A program made the position numbers and the translations under genes. From positions 1 to 64,000 of the IMG/VR virus record IMGVR_UViG_3300017967_005407: a stretch of 64,000 bases of DNA; one strand, given 5' to 3'. The stretch is from a virus. Shown here in pieces: positions 25,501 to 33,163 of the stretch (position 1 is the first letter of the stretch; the number at the start of each line of letters is the position of its first letter). Below the pieces are notes generated by a model. That model was not told where the DNA came from and ran no database searches. It saw nothing but the letters and a program-made list of their open reading frames with translations.

Positions 25501-27129
25501 ATGCTTGTAAAACAAGGAAATAGATTCTTAAATGCAGGTTATAATATAAGACATGTATTAACTAATGATAGAGTTTATGGGATACAAACATGGCAGTTTG
25601 AACAACCTACAAAAATTTCAAACGATGATGTTGTAGTATTACTTAATAATAAAGTTATCGTTGATGCAATTGATTATAGATGGGATGCAATCAATAGTAG
25701 AATAGAATTCTTGGATCCTAACTTAGGTGCAGTAGGTGATATTTTAGAAATATATGTTTTAGGTAATGGTGAATATTATTTCATCGATACAGTTGTTGAC
25801 TTAGTTGACATGGAAGATAGCACTAGAGATGGATTGTTACACGACGAAGGCGATTTAGTTAGTTTTGTAATGGAAGACAGTACACAAATTTTTGCTACTG
25901 TAAAAAGTTCAGAAACTACAGATACTGGAGTTAGATTAACACTAAATGGTTATTTTAAAGAGCTTAAAGTCAAAGCAGCAGAAAATGATGTACCTCTTTC
26001 TATTACAGGTGTAAAAACAGAAAGTTATCCACTTGCAGTCAGAATAGATGACGTTAAATTTGTAGAAAGTGAAAATTTAACATTTAAAGATGTTCCAGGA
26101 GTAGGCGAAAAAGTTGAAATAATAACATTCAGTGAACATGATGTTAATAACTTTGATAGACTAAGTTTTGAAGTGTTATACTCTCCTGTTATTTCAGTAA
26201 GTAGTACTGAATATAGCACTGCAATACAATTAACCAATGGTAGAATAACATTAAACACACCAGCGGCAGGTGTAAACTATGTTTGGGTAATACAAAACCA
26301 CAAATTGTTACGTCCAAGTATTGATTATAATTTAATGAGTGATAACACTGTTGTAAACTTGTTTACAAAACCAGAAGATAACGAAGTAATTGAAGTTATC
26401 CAATTCGGAGCAAATGTTACAACTGAAAAATACGGATTTAGAATATTCAAAGACATGCTTAATAGAGTGCATTACAAACGTCTCAACGAAGATACTGTTT
26501 ACAAACTAGCACAACCTTTAAACTATTACGACCAATATATTACAGTTGAAGATGCTTCTGATATTCCTGTGCCAAACAGAACAAAAGGCCAACCTGGTGT
26601 CCTGTTTATTGAAGGCGAAAGAATTGAATATTATGCAGTAGAAGGCAACCTATTAAGACAAATACGTAGAGGTACTTTAGGAACTGGTGTAAAAGCACAA
26701 TATCCGGCAGGTACTAAACTACAAGATCAGGGCGAACGTGAAAGTATTCCTTACAAAGATAAGGATATACAACAGATATTTGTGTCTGACGGATCAACAA
26801 ACATATATAATTTAGACTTTGATGTAACTGACGAAAATCAAATTGAAGTTGTTGTCGGAGGTAAAAAATTAAGAAAATCAACCACTGATGATTTCACTGT
26901 TTTTGATCCTATAATTGATCAAGATAGTCCTGAAGGAGATCAAGTTGTTGCTCCAGAGTTTACAGTTGACGTAACAGAAGACACTGTTACACTTAGAGAC
27001 GATGTTCCTACTGGTGTAAGAATTGTAGTTCAACGCAAAGAAGGAAAACTCTGGACAGATGATTTGTCAACTAGTGATTCAAAAATTGCTAGATTTATAA
27101 GAGCAGGAACAATTAAGTTAAGCAAATAA
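13543..27129 (+). CDS. Giant (4528 aa) baseplate/adhesin protein in the gp7-equivalent position
   Basis: One long ORF after gp6; N-terminal FLPRYF.T; CBM5/12-like repeats, FG-GAP-like propeller repeats, GxGYxxxPxVT repeats and F.GDG repeats. Confidence 0.7.
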   Translation: MAYNDQQQEFPVGDNRKKSSKFLPRYFRTSTNEKLTGSTIDQLFSTGAVEKINAFVGRKNAKANINNSTYLTEINSLRQNYQLDPSINIKDDLDNVVFHKDYIDYIGQLNSFYSNTKNQSKLNEQEIYSWNPNINFDMFTNFREYYWLPNGPQTVTVTGNQRNVVSTYKVSVVDDGDNFAYVFTPDKLTRNPLLTLYKGQTYRFEINTPGHPFAFAISREFLPGLTYEDSVRNESTLYTTGITTTNADVDGYVENGIIEFTIADNTPDSLFYISKEDINTSGLLNIASIEENTVLDVDKEIVGKTTYTTGQGWSLSNGMKITFAGNITPEKYSSGEFYVEGVGKEIVLIPLEDLTTVDLLSDDENVPFDVYGFDRLPWSTTVGYPAVKDYIISNRSSKDKNPWARYNRWFHISVINESANINKQDYILPENSRAKRPIIEFAPGIKMWHNGTVCKTPIDLIDDWTKDVFSIIEGREGYNIDNVDVVDGMRILFTADTDPQVKNKIYKVEFIKFQNKTQISLVEEPDALPNEDEIVLVTSGKINSGKQYFYTNGSWKKAQEKISVNQTPLFDMFDENGISYGDEFYTSNDFVGNTIFSYKQGSGSNDSELGFPISYKNIDNVGDIVFEFNLLKQVNTYIVDDETVNLPSNKGFLKITDSYNAEESFTNAWKKHYKKSSQAVILDYQGNEQTNNYEINCFEKSERLNDLQLKVFTNRKFLKLGTDYTLTANARENVVINLVEDIAENDRLIIKCYSESEKNSNGYYETAYNLERNPNNLDVTEFTIGEVNDHVQTIVENIDNFNGIHPGVGNLRDLGPIEIYGDRFVTHSGPIGLPLYHLTSKEHNVVNSIKLALREYSKFKREFLRIATYDGYNNTIVKHVDYLLGQFASSKTRSDAFYDSDTVPFGGKNIIEYTVLDAGNPYYPLTTAFDITSLSSKAVLIYKNGVQLLYGIDYEFTTEGFVYIFTVQNDDKIEIHEYETTDGCFVPPTPSKLGLYPLYEPKIYVDTSYSTPTKVVRGHDGSRTVAFDDFRDELLLELEKRIFNNVKNRYDAEIFNIYDFVPGRYRNTGLSQKDIDFILIADFINWTNVSQVYDYQENKYSDINDSFSYNYKVSSDIDGNRLEGFWRAVYKNAYDTDTPNLTPWEMLGFTVQPTWWESVYGPAPYTLDNIPLWKDLEAGIIREPNKLIRKNVKFARPNLTKQIPVNENGQLRSPFETGFAKDFSFANQIGYSLEFGDQGPAETAWRRSSEYPFSLITALLLLRPAQIFGLTYDNSKIKKNLAGNIVYNDAGIRTSKIDFDNLTSGLINYIKGLINFKSMSFEKYKDDVKNISFNLSFRLAGFSDKEKVNLVLDSKTPNSSGDIFTPQENYNLFLKTSSPYDVATYSGVVIEKVATGYNIRGYDRYNPQFTYYDVIPSNNDPFFTVGGISETFSNWTSEKLYVAGGIVRFSDVYYRVNETHTSGNDFDNTKFSKLAELPTVGGRTARFSKRFSTQKSTLQYGTVLKTYQQVVDFLLGYDRYLQEIGFEFDYNNSNYGIVENFRLSAKEFLFWTTQNWGENSVISLSPSANQIKFKRNFYLPDSLYDGIFDYEILDQDGKLLSNEFVNLVRDTDNTFSLASNDENIGVYFVRLFLVQKEHCIVIDNNTVFADTIYNETSGYRQERIKVVGYKTADWSGTLNIPGFVFDEPKATKWKSYADYIIGDVVQYKDKYYTAILSHTSAEFFNATNWTILSEKPTNQLIPNFDYRASQFADFYDLDTDNFDTEQQRLAQHLIGYQKREYLKNIINDDISQYKFYQGMIQDKGTKNVLTKLFDKLSAADKDSIEFFEEWAIRAGQYGATDSFDEFEITIDESKYKLSPQPFELVKSVDRTRTDFIYQVPTTDIEIKPLNYNETIFEYKDYEEITKTAGYVAPAQIDFITSGIDQLLGFDINLVTQGQYVWVTEDGLDWSVYEFVKKDYQVERIVKTLTGFKVFFDKQHDLSPNDVIGLTNITDELDGFRQVIYTGYKEVEFYTESDIAEDEINLEDSSKGIVLKVASRRFNDIDSCNTNLTVTDVSDGKKVWIDNIGNNKWSVLENKSVFDVEDIIVNPQTGLKTNFADAIAVDQTNTRLAIGDPNSNGRVIVYSRIGENGDFTSTENYQADTAIVGNNSRFGASLAMSPNGDYLFVAAPNAANLNTRFKGNILSGTSYSAGDIVNDRGTLWRAKVDIDGSDTSTINKLSQDWEVAPLIEVDNDGSSTASVSGAVSIYKKAEVGTTYELQTTIVSPDPTAAEQFGRIVKCRKDLDGILRLYIASNVAEGRIYFFDNDTEDGSFKFSKDNNYRGSFSVAENYVEGEIVWYNTTGGADGDSNLYRATKDLPAQTFNSAFWEVLDVYVDYKGYIPPQINLLKEESDNLGVADGFDIATDFDVSLDGEVIIVNGEDVLNTNKVSIYRRVDNRYAYYETIETNDIGEDFGRNIAVSANGKAIAISAIRNDDLGTDYGAVYVYRYNGNEYALTQTLYPPTGNDGELFGIDLNFSDENLIIASANGFRSNPTLFDQTLIRVEDTTFDNNTTKFFNKFENGGTIYIFQNFNNNYLYAEELDWNYNTKGSSTPILLSNFNHIYIGYPRLEYTADYGVVVNLKRDKTKYTWNKLSEQIDTPDINKIKRAFLFDKTNNDIITFLDVVDPIQGKIAGPAEEAIDLKLAFDPASYSVDVTNNNNQDFWASEFVGTYWWNTGSTKWYNPYQGNAENQTSFWNKLIPNSTTEVYEWVESDYLPSEWDELADTNDGIIEGISGISKYGDFKYSVGRKFNSVTETFETKYYFWVQNNKLRTSENKKISSYDAQQLIVDPQGSGYRFMSALSTDKFALHNVGSLIKDKDVALHIDVYKGEINDRNIHTEYKLLSEGLAGSNPPETFINKWIDSLVGYDVNNRPVPDPDLGETKKYGIENRPRQGLFRNNLEALKQTLERTNYILRQQIITDFKDIDDLFKEDQKPRLLEGLFDVEVDTVDDITTIGVANTKQATLTPVLENGRLVSVIVDDRGYGYKSAPQVTVTGTGTDAEVQVTIDNVGRISSVKIVNQGNNYSSMNLSVRPFSLLINSDAELNGKWAIYDYDYNGNFERVKYQRWTVPSYWNYSDWYETGYDANTAIDYLIDGSYQLDSINDTIGDVVKIKDVGTGGWLLLQKIDVQPEVDYTVNYKTIGRQNGTIQFSSRLYQNTNFGFDKIGFDNLVYDTEPVNERRIILETLRDKILIDDLELKFNEILFTGIRYALYEQQTVDWIFKTSFLTAKHNVGELDQRINFKSDNLDSYKDFISEVKPYSSKIREYISAYDKVENSQTMISDFDLPPRYDQIQNKIVTETVKFYNERIVGDREFIDTYPQKNWLENYKFKIQELVIYNQGYGLNSQPVITISGGNGPTLTGKGFRTGDKLTSIDIDFSDALYTSQPTVTVNGSFEDDYEMPRIIAVIGDSPVRSTHMIMKFDRVSGNFVFTDLKTVETFTGTGAKKVYTTKWPLDLRKSRINVTVDGNKVLYTDFTTSNIDDTLKTYDRTIGQIEFETAPENNSVIEITYYKDPAMLEAADRINFFYNPTSGMPGITKNEDGTKNLGQLMTGVDYEGVKVESVDFETDQGFDIGGFGIIPWDIFNETEDEIFTLDGSTLVLTLSKPLEDGVAYNIYKNNVRIDDPNFDGSSAITNKNALMNTVYGDGVQDEIAIDNEVPTAEGDVFIVRKSTSDGSFNPADNVLDTELTGGGFNNTAKGLDSGEIVVDGDGFVTPITSAGPEEVVPGQIVDTLDIQVKHKPADGQGIKTSYIYKTSSSILSYAIDMLPQSQQAIIVNLNGNKVDDASYTVDYENNLLTFEDDSTIQDDMDLHIIVIGNNGTDILESDTFIGDGVTNIFVTGIKFIDPLSSFVTLNGEVQQLGLNYEIFETDSTYKQENCAAIRFSRTPAIGEVIGFSLYNNDAKSFSEIMVDKSFIGDGVNYVYKFDADKLPFTEKPFTHKMLVKQGNRFLNAGYNIRHVLTNDRVYGIQTWQFEQPTKISNDDVVVLLNNKVIVDAIDYRWDAINSRIEFLDPNLGAVGDILEIYVLGNGEYYFIDTVVDLVDMEDSTRDGLLHDEGDLVSFVMEDSTQIFATVKSSETTDTGVRLTLNGYFKELKVKAAENDVPLSITGVKTESYPLAVRIDDVKFVESENLTFKDVPGVGEKVEIITFSEHDVNNFDRLSFEVLYSPVISVSSTEYSTAIQLTNGRITLNTPAAGVNYVWVIQNHKLLRPSIDYNLMSDNTVVNLFTKPEDNEVIEVIQFGANVTTEKYGFRIFKDMLNRVHYKRLNEDTVYKLAQPLNYYDQYITVEDASDIPVPNRTKGQPGVLFIEGERIEYYAVEGNLLRQIRRGTLGTGVKAQYPAGTKLQDQGERESIPYKDKDIQQIFVSDGSTNIYNLDFDVTDENQIEVVVGGKKLRKSTTDDFTVFDPIIDQDSPEGDQVVAPEFTVDVTEDTVTLRDDVPTGVRIVVQRKEGKLWTDDLSTSDSKIARFIRAGTIKLSK

Positions 27130-27158
27130 ATACAGTATAAGTAAAGGTAAGCAAGCAA

Positions 27159-27764
27159 ATGCAATACAATGATTCAAATAAACTTAACATACAAGGTCAT
27201 ATAAAAATACATGATCCATTGTCTGGAGAAGTTTTTATTAATAAAAGGAATGCAATACATTATGAAAATATGAGTATTGCATTAGCAGAAAGTTTAGGCA
27301 ACCAAGGATCTGGTTTCGTTTATGAAATGAGTTTTGGTAATGGAGGTACTAGTGTTGATCCTACTGGTGTTATTACATATCTAACACCTAACAGCACAGG
27401 TACTACAGCAAGTTTATACAATCAAACATACAGCAAAGTTGTCGATGAACGCAGTGTTAACAACACAGATCCAACTCGTAATAAAATGGAAATTAGACAC
27501 GTTAGCGGTCAAAATTATACTGATTTGTTTGTTAATTGTTTGCTTGATTACAGTGAGCCTAATGGACAAGATGCATTTGATACCAGTGGCGATAGTGAAA
27601 ATCAATTTGTATTCGACGAGTTAGGTTTAAGAGGTTACAGTGATGATGGAAATGGCAGACTGCTTACCCATGTTATTTTCCATCCTGTGCAAAAATCTTT
27701 AAACAGATTGATTCAAATTGATTATACTGTAAGAATACAGAGTCTAAGCGGAGGTAACAGCTAA
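27159..27764 (+). CDS. Putative baseplate/tail-fibre attachment protein
   Basis: TAAATA at 27127; DY.EP.GQ and FDELGL...LLTHVIFHPVQK motifs; lies between the giant protein and the fibres. Confidence 0.55.
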   Translation: MQYNDSNKLNIQGHIKIHDPLSGEVFINKRNAIHYENMSIALAESLGNQGSGFVYEMSFGNGGTSVDPTGVITYLTPNSTGTTASLYNQTYSKVVDERSVNNTDPTRNKMEIRHVSGQNYTDLFVNCLLDYSEPNGQDAFDTSGDSENQFVFDELGLRGYSDDGNGRLLTHVIFHPVQKSLNRLIQIDYTVRIQSLSGGNS

Positions 27765-29761
27765 TGGCATACCAGATTAAGTTCACTGACAGTGTAAACA
27801 AAGGCGAAATTGAAGTTGTTGAAAAAGAAATTAACACAGATACAAGTTTGCGTTTGCCTGGCAGAGGCGCAACAAACTTTGGAGAAGCAGTATTAACAAA
27901 CTTTTTACATTTGCTTGAAAACTTTGCTGACAACAATCCGCCTAGTAATCCTGTTGAAGGACAACTTTGGTATGATAATACTTCTCAAAACGATACATTA
28001 AAAGTTTATGATGGTACTAATTGGGTTAGTGCAGGTGGATTAAAGAAAGGCACTGATGAGCCCGATATATCCAACAGTGTATTAGGAGATTTGTGGGTAA
28101 ACACCAGTACACAGCAACTCTACTTGTACAGCGGCAGCGGTTGGATTTTGGTAGGACCGGAAATTGCCAGCGGAACAAACACAGGTGCAAAAGCAGTTAC
28201 AATAACAGATACCGACAATGTAGATAGACAAGCAATAATCAATTATGTTGATGATGTTGCAGTTAGTATTATAGTTGGTACAACATTTACACCTAAAATA
28301 TTAATTCCTGGATTTGGACAGTTATCACCAGGCGTTAATATAAGTTCTAGTATTGATAGTACTGTTGCAAGATTTAAAGGCATAGCAGACAAAGCTGAAC
28401 AACTACTTGTAAATGGTAATCCTGTTGATGGCAATAAATTTGTTAGGAATGACGAAGCAACAATTACAACATTTCCTTTTACAGTAAGAACAAACGAAGG
28501 TATAGAAATTGGCAATACAAGAACTTTGGCATTTGAAGTAGAAGGAACTAATGCAGTTATTAGCCAAAATCAAAGCACTGGATTTTTTGATTTAAGAACA
28601 AATAATAATGGTAGCACCATTACACCTATACGAATAAAAAATAACGGAAATGTTGGTATACTTACAGCTGATCCTGTTGAAGCATTAGACGTTACCGGTA
28701 ATATTATAAACACAGGAGATATTACAACAGCAGGGGATTTAACTGTTGCAGGGATATCTAGTTTTAGTGATAACATTACAGTTACTGGTAGTGCAAATAT
28801 AAGCGGCGCACTTACAACTGATAATATTTTTCCTGAAGAAGCTGGAATAACAAATATCGGAACAAATGCAAATAGATTTAATAATATTTTTGCAAATAAA
28901 TTTACAGGAAGTTTAGTTGGCGATGTTACTGGTAATGTCACAGGTAGTTCAGGTAGTACAAATAAACTTACAAGTGCAACTACATTTAGTATGACAGGTG
29001 AAGTAAGTTCAACTAATAGCGTTGCATTTGACGGACAAACAGGCGGCTTGACCAAACAATTTACCACTCAAATTAACCAAACCTTTATTGCAGATAAAAC
29101 AGCAGTAACTACACCTGATTCTGCAGACGAAATTGTAATAAACAGACCTGGCACAGGTTTACGTAAAATTACACAATCTAATCTTGTAAGCACTATTCCT
29201 GTTATACCAATTGGTACATTAGTTCCATATGCAGGACTTACTGCCCCAACTGGATGGTTCTTGTGTGATGGATCAGAAAAAAGTTTATTAACATATGTTT
29301 TATTAGCAAATACTCTAGGTTATGATCCTGCTGATAACAACACATGGTATTGGGGAACATCTAGCAATCCTGCAACATTCTTTAATATTCCGGATCTTAG
29401 GGGTAGAATGCCAACTGGTATATCTTCGAGTTTAACTGGACCAAACAGATTAGTTAGTGATCCGGCACTTGGCCAAATGGGCGGAATCGGCGGCGAAGAA
29501 AGTGTTGTTTTAGATATAAACAATATACCAGATCACACGCATAACCTAGAAAGTGATGCAGGAGACACTTATTATGCAGTCAGTAAAGTTGACAACAGTG
29601 GCGAAACAGATGTGGATTTATATACACAAGAGGTTTCATCAAATGCTGCTAGTGGTATCACTACAACAGGAGGCGTAGATAATCCAACATTAGCTTCTAG
29701 TGTAGACATTACTCCGCCCTATGTTGCAATTAATTATATAATTTATCATGGAGTACTGTAA
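27764..29761 (+). CDS. Tail fibre with phage tail-collar domain (short-fibre-like)
   Basis: N-terminal LLENFA...GQLWYD...LKVYDG; collar PIGTLVPYAG..PTGWFLCDG...IPDLRGR; His pair HTH; C-terminal PYVAINYII. Confidence 0.8.
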   Translation: MAYQIKFTDSVNKGEIEVVEKEINTDTSLRLPGRGATNFGEAVLTNFLHLLENFADNNPPSNPVEGQLWYDNTSQNDTLKVYDGTNWVSAGGLKKGTDEPDISNSVLGDLWVNTSTQQLYLYSGSGWILVGPEIASGTNTGAKAVTITDTDNVDRQAIINYVDDVAVSIIVGTTFTPKILIPGFGQLSPGVNISSSIDSTVARFKGIADKAEQLLVNGNPVDGNKFVRNDEATITTFPFTVRTNEGIEIGNTRTLAFEVEGTNAVISQNQSTGFFDLRTNNNGSTITPIRIKNNGNVGILTADPVEALDVTGNIINTGDITTAGDLTVAGISSFSDNITVTGSANISGALTTDNIFPEEAGITNIGTNANRFNNIFANKFTGSLVGDVTGNVTGSSGSTNKLTSATTFSMTGEVSSTNSVAFDGQTGGLTKQFTTQINQTFIADKTAVTTPDSADEIVINRPGTGLRKITQSNLVSTIPVIPIGTLVPYAGLTAPTGWFLCDGSEKSLLTYVLLANTLGYDPADNNTWYWGTSSNPATFFNIPDLRGRMPTGISSSLTGPNRLVSDPALGQMGGIGGEESVVLDINNIPDHTHNLESDAGDTYYAVSKVDNSGETDVDLYTQEVSSNAASGITTTGGVDNPTLASSVDITPPYVAINYIIYHGVL

Positions 29762-31593
29762 TGGCATATCAATTAAACAAAACTGACGGATCTTTACTTA
29801 CAGAAATAATTGACGGTAAAATAGACGAAAACAGTACTAACTTAATTTTTATAGGTAGAAACTATAAAGGCTTTGGAGAATTTATAAATGAAAACTTTAT
29901 AAAACTTTTAGAAACTTTTGCTAATACTGCACCACCTAGTAAACCAATTAAAGGTCAGTTATGGTTTGATACTAGTGAAAATAGATTAAAAGTTTATGAC
30001 GGCACTACATTTAGAAGCACAGATAATAGTACATATACTTCACCTCAACCAACGAGTTTAGTCGAAGGTGATATTTGGATTGATAGCGAAAACCAACAAA
30101 TGTATTTTGCTACAGGTGAAGGAATTCAACTTGTAGGACCAAATTATACATCCAGCCAGTTGAAGTCAGGTCAGTTTATCGAAACTATACGAGATACAAC
30201 AGGTACTAACCAAACAATAACACAAGAATATATAAATGGAAGTTTGGTTTTGATTCACAGTAAAACTGCATTTACACCAGCTATTCCAATTAATGGATTT
30301 ACCAGTATAAAAGTAGGTACAAATGTAAGTTCTCTGTTTAACTTCCAGTTTTATGGTACAGCATCAAACAGTTTAAAACTTACAGATAGCACAGGTACAG
30401 AATATACTCAAAATGACTTTTTAACAACACAGTCGGGTCAAGGACAAAACACTACCAGCGCAGAAATTAATTTTTATAATAATAATGGTATTGTTATTGG
30501 ACAAAGTCCACTTGTAAGGATTGCAACTGGATCTGATATTTTATTTAAAGCTGAAACAGAAGATACTGATATTAAAATTCAAGTTCAGCATGATACAGAT
30601 TCTGATAATCAACCTGATGTGTTAGATGCTATTCATATAGATACAATTAATCAAAGAGTAGGTATTTTTAAAACAGATCCTGAATTCAATTTGGACGTTA
30701 CAGGTGACGCAAGAATTACAGGCAATTTACGTGTAGAAGGTGATACTACAAGTTTAGATGTAAGTAACTTACGTGTTGAAGATAAATTAATCGAGCTTGC
30801 TATTACAAGTGATAGTACATTATTAGAAGAAGCCGATGTAGATGGATCCGGAATAGCAATCAGAGTATCAGGTGATGACAAATATTGGACTTGGGAATTA
30901 GCTAATGATGCATGGACAAGTAGCACAAATATTGATATTCCTAAAGATTATGCTTATAAAATAAATGGTGTAAATGTATTAACGGCTACAAGTTTAGCTT
31001 CTAGTGTAGTAAATGCACCTGGTTTAACAAATATAGGTGTACTTGGAGATTTAACAGTTGATAATATTGATATAGATGGCAACAGAATAACAAGTAGAAT
31101 TAGCGGATTACAATTAGATAGTGTTAACACAATTAGTTTGGTAACACAACAAAAAATTGCCAATGTTGCAGAACCCACTACGTCAACTGATGTTGCTACC
31201 AAGGGTTATGTAGATACAAAATCAAATGCACAGCCACTTTACTTCAGTTTAGTAATAGATGGTATGGGTACAGGTGTTACATTACAAGCTAATGTTGGCA
31301 CTGTGTTAAATGAATTAGCGCCAGCAGCTGGATTAGCAGTTGGAACAATAGCTAAAGTTTATTGTGTTGCAAGTTCTTCAAGTACAGATCCAATTGATGT
31401 AAACACAGCAATCAGTAAAACATTTACAAACGTTGACAGTAACGGTGTACAAAACCAATCAGTAGTTGAAGACTTTAGTATTGCTGATGTATCAACAACT
31501 ATTACCACAAATTATACAAGAACAATTATGTCTTATAGTGTAAACGGTAGTAATGTTTGGACATATAGCTCAACAGTAACTTCGGCGGTATAA
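29761..31593 (+). CDS. Tail fibre paralogue
   Basis: Same N-terminal domain (ENF..LLETFA...GQLWFD); VEDKLIEL; adhesin-neck-like DVATKGYVD. Confidence 0.75.
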   Translation: MAYQLNKTDGSLLTEIIDGKIDENSTNLIFIGRNYKGFGEFINENFIKLLETFANTAPPSKPIKGQLWFDTSENRLKVYDGTTFRSTDNSTYTSPQPTSLVEGDIWIDSENQQMYFATGEGIQLVGPNYTSSQLKSGQFIETIRDTTGTNQTITQEYINGSLVLIHSKTAFTPAIPINGFTSIKVGTNVSSLFNFQFYGTASNSLKLTDSTGTEYTQNDFLTTQSGQGQNTTSAEINFYNNNGIVIGQSPLVRIATGSDILFKAETEDTDIKIQVQHDTDSDNQPDVLDAIHIDTINQRVGIFKTDPEFNLDVTGDARITGNLRVEGDTTSLDVSNLRVEDKLIELAITSDSTLLEEADVDGSGIAIRVSGDDKYWTWELANDAWTSSTNIDIPKDYAYKINGVNVLTATSLASSVVNAPGLTNIGVLGDLTVDNIDIDGNRITSRISGLQLDSVNTISLVTQQKIANVAEPTTSTDVATKGYVDTKSNAQPLYFSLVIDGMGTGVTLQANVGTVLNELAPAAGLAVGTIAKVYCVASSSSTDPIDVNTAISKTFTNVDSNGVQNQSVVEDFSIADVSTTITTNYTRTIMSYSVNGSNVWTYSSTVTSAV

Positions 31594-31628
31594 GCATAAA
31601 TATAGTGTAGAATGAGGAAAATCGTCAA

Positions 31629-33143
31629 ATGGCATACATAATTAACAAATTTAACGGTACACAACTTTTAACAGTTGAAGACGGTACAGTTGATAATACA
31701 ACAGATCTAAAATTTGTAGGAAAAAACTACAGTGGATATGGTGAAATACAAAACGAAAATTATTTGTTTTTACTAGAAAATTTTGCAGGAACAGCTTCGC
31801 CTACTAAGGCAATCAGTGGTCAGATTTGGTTTGATGCATCTTTGAATAAATTAAAATTTTATACAGGATCTCAATGGAAAAACACTGGAGGTTCTGAAGT
31901 AAGCAGTAGTGCTCCAACAGGTTTGACTGTAGGTGATTTTTGGTTTAATAATGCCACAAACCAATTATATGCTAGAACTTCACAAGACGATTTTGTACTA
32001 GTAGGTCCACAAGCAGCAGGTGACGGACAAACACAAATGCGCAGTATTGATGTTGTTGATACTGGTAACACTAGTAAAGCTATTATAGCAGCATTGGTAA
32101 ATGACAATGTGCAATTTGTTATAAGTGATGAAGAATTTACACTCAAATCTACACAAGATTCTAATGTTCCTGTCGGAGTAAACAGTACTAATTTTCCAAA
32201 GATCAAAAAAGGTTTAACATTAATTAATACTGATTCTATTGGTGTTACTACAAATGCAGGACAAACAAACGAACCTGTGCTTTGGGCAACAGCTAGTGAT
32301 GCACTTAGATTAGGCGGCATTCCTGCTGCTGATTATATTACTGTAAATGAAACAGATTTTACTAACCTAGTAACTTTTGACGATATTGGTTTTAGAGTAG
32401 GTGATAGTAATGATTTAGCAGTAAAAGTTGTTGACGGAAATGTTGGACAAATTGAAAATACAGTTGGCGAAGAAGTACGTTTAGGTGCAAAATTAAATAC
32501 AGATACAAACGCTAAAGTAATTGCAAAAGTAATTCATAACAATGAAAGAAAAGGTATTTTACCAGGATTAACAGAAGCTTACAACTTGGGCATTGAAACC
32601 GAAAAGTGGAATAATGTTTGGGCAAATAATTTCAGAGGTATTGCAGACAAAGCAGATACAGTAAAATTAGGTAGTAGTTATGTAAGTGCTACCGCAGCTA
32701 GTTCAGCAGACACAGTAGTAGCTAGAGATGCTGATCAAAAAATTTACGCAGTAGAATTTGTAGGTGTAGCAAGCAGAGCTAGATATGCTGACTTAGCAGA
32801 AAAGTACACAACCGGCGAAACAGAATTACCAGCAGGTACAGCAGTAGCAGTTGGCGCAGACGATTGTTGTGAAGTAGTACCGGCTAAAGCAAGTGATATT
32901 TGCATTGGTGTTGTAAGCACAGATCCAGCGTATATGATGAATAGCGAAGCAGAAGGTCAGTACATTGGTTTAAAAGGTCGTGTGCCTGTTCGTGTAAAAG
33001 GTGCTGTTAAAAAAGGACAAGCAGTATACGCTTGGGAAGACGGAGTATGTGGTACTATACAAACAACTGGTTTAGTTGGGGTTGCATTAGAGTCAAATGA
33101 TAGCGAAGAAGAAAAACTTGTAGAATGTGTTTTAAAAACATAA
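31629..33143 (+). CDS. Tail fibre paralogue with C-terminal ADLAE-type autoproteolytic chaperone-like domain
   Basis: Same N-terminal domain; C-terminal YADLAEKY...IGVVST.PAY.MN...GRVPVRV.G.V.KG. Confidence 0.75.
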   Translation: MAYIINKFNGTQLLTVEDGTVDNTTDLKFVGKNYSGYGEIQNENYLFLLENFAGTASPTKAISGQIWFDASLNKLKFYTGSQWKNTGGSEVSSSAPTGLTVGDFWFNNATNQLYARTSQDDFVLVGPQAAGDGQTQMRSIDVVDTGNTSKAIIAALVNDNVQFVISDEEFTLKSTQDSNVPVGVNSTNFPKIKKGLTLINTDSIGVTTNAGQTNEPVLWATASDALRLGGIPAADYITVNETDFTNLVTFDDIGFRVGDSNDLAVKVVDGNVGQIENTVGEEVRLGAKLNTDTNAKVIAKVIHNNERKGILPGLTEAYNLGIETEKWNNVWANNFRGIADKADTVKLGSSYVSATAASSADTVVARDADQKIYAVEFVGVASRARYADLAEKYTTGETELPAGTAVAVGADDCCEVVPAKASDICIGVVSTDPAYMMNSEAEGQYIGLKGRVPVRVKGAVKKGQAVYAWEDGVCGTIQTTGLVGVALESNDSEEEKLVECVLKT

Positions 33144-33163
33144 GTATATAAAAGGACTCTAAA

